Notes under the pieces: generated by a model
Told to the model about the DNA's origin: nothing
Database searches by the model: none
What the model saw: the letters and a program-made list of their open reading frames with translations, nothing else
IMG/VR virus record: IMGVR_UViG_3300050122_000263
Coordinates: 434,001-498,000 of that record
DNA length: 64,000 bases
Reading direction: 5' to 3' (one strand)
Made by a program: the position numbers and the translations under genes
In this document: in pieces, positions 63,879 to 64,000 of the stretch
Position numbering within the stretch: position 1 is the stretch's first letter
How the letters are laid out: every line of letters begins with the position of its first letter

Positions 63879-64000
63879 AAACTCTGCTGTGCTGAGTTGC
63901 GGATTAAATTACATCTAAGTTAGATGTGATGATTGATTTTGGCTTGCATCCCTTGAAACCCCTAACAATAAAGATTAGTTCTGGCTGTTAAAATTCAAAC

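Overview
This window looks like a 64-kb accessory region of a giant dsDNA virus (Nucleocytoviricota; Pimascovirales/pithovirus-like affinity is inferred, since no core marker such as MCP, PolB or the packaging ATPase is present). It holds about 55 intron-free, monocistronic genes on both strands, mostly ORFan-like and grouped in paralog families. Most gene ends are followed by short A/T-flanked hairpins. Recognisable products are three Gly-X-Thr collagen fibres with a shared Cys-rich N-terminal domain and different heads (one with a Peptidase S74 chaperone), a phage tail-collar protein, a GT32 glycosyltransferase, a YspA/SLOG protein, four Pol-beta-like nucleotidyltransferases (one lacking the catalytic aspartates), an amino-DNA methyltransferase with an atypical CPPC motif, a berberine-bridge-like FAD oxidase, a Rho-N/SAP-fused Fe/2OG dioxygenase, two Zn-finger/HMG-box proteins, a beta-helix protein and an ABA4/DUF4281-like membrane protein. 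The main leads are (1) a modular fibre system with a constant anchor and exchangeable heads, (2) single genes bounded by direct repeats made of a gene end or terminator hairpin, suggesting gene capture at terminators, (3) an NTase family with active and pseudo-enzyme members, and (4) a 107-bp MITE-like element whose ends provide the stop codons of both flanking genes. All family names come from motif recognition by eye; no database searches were run.
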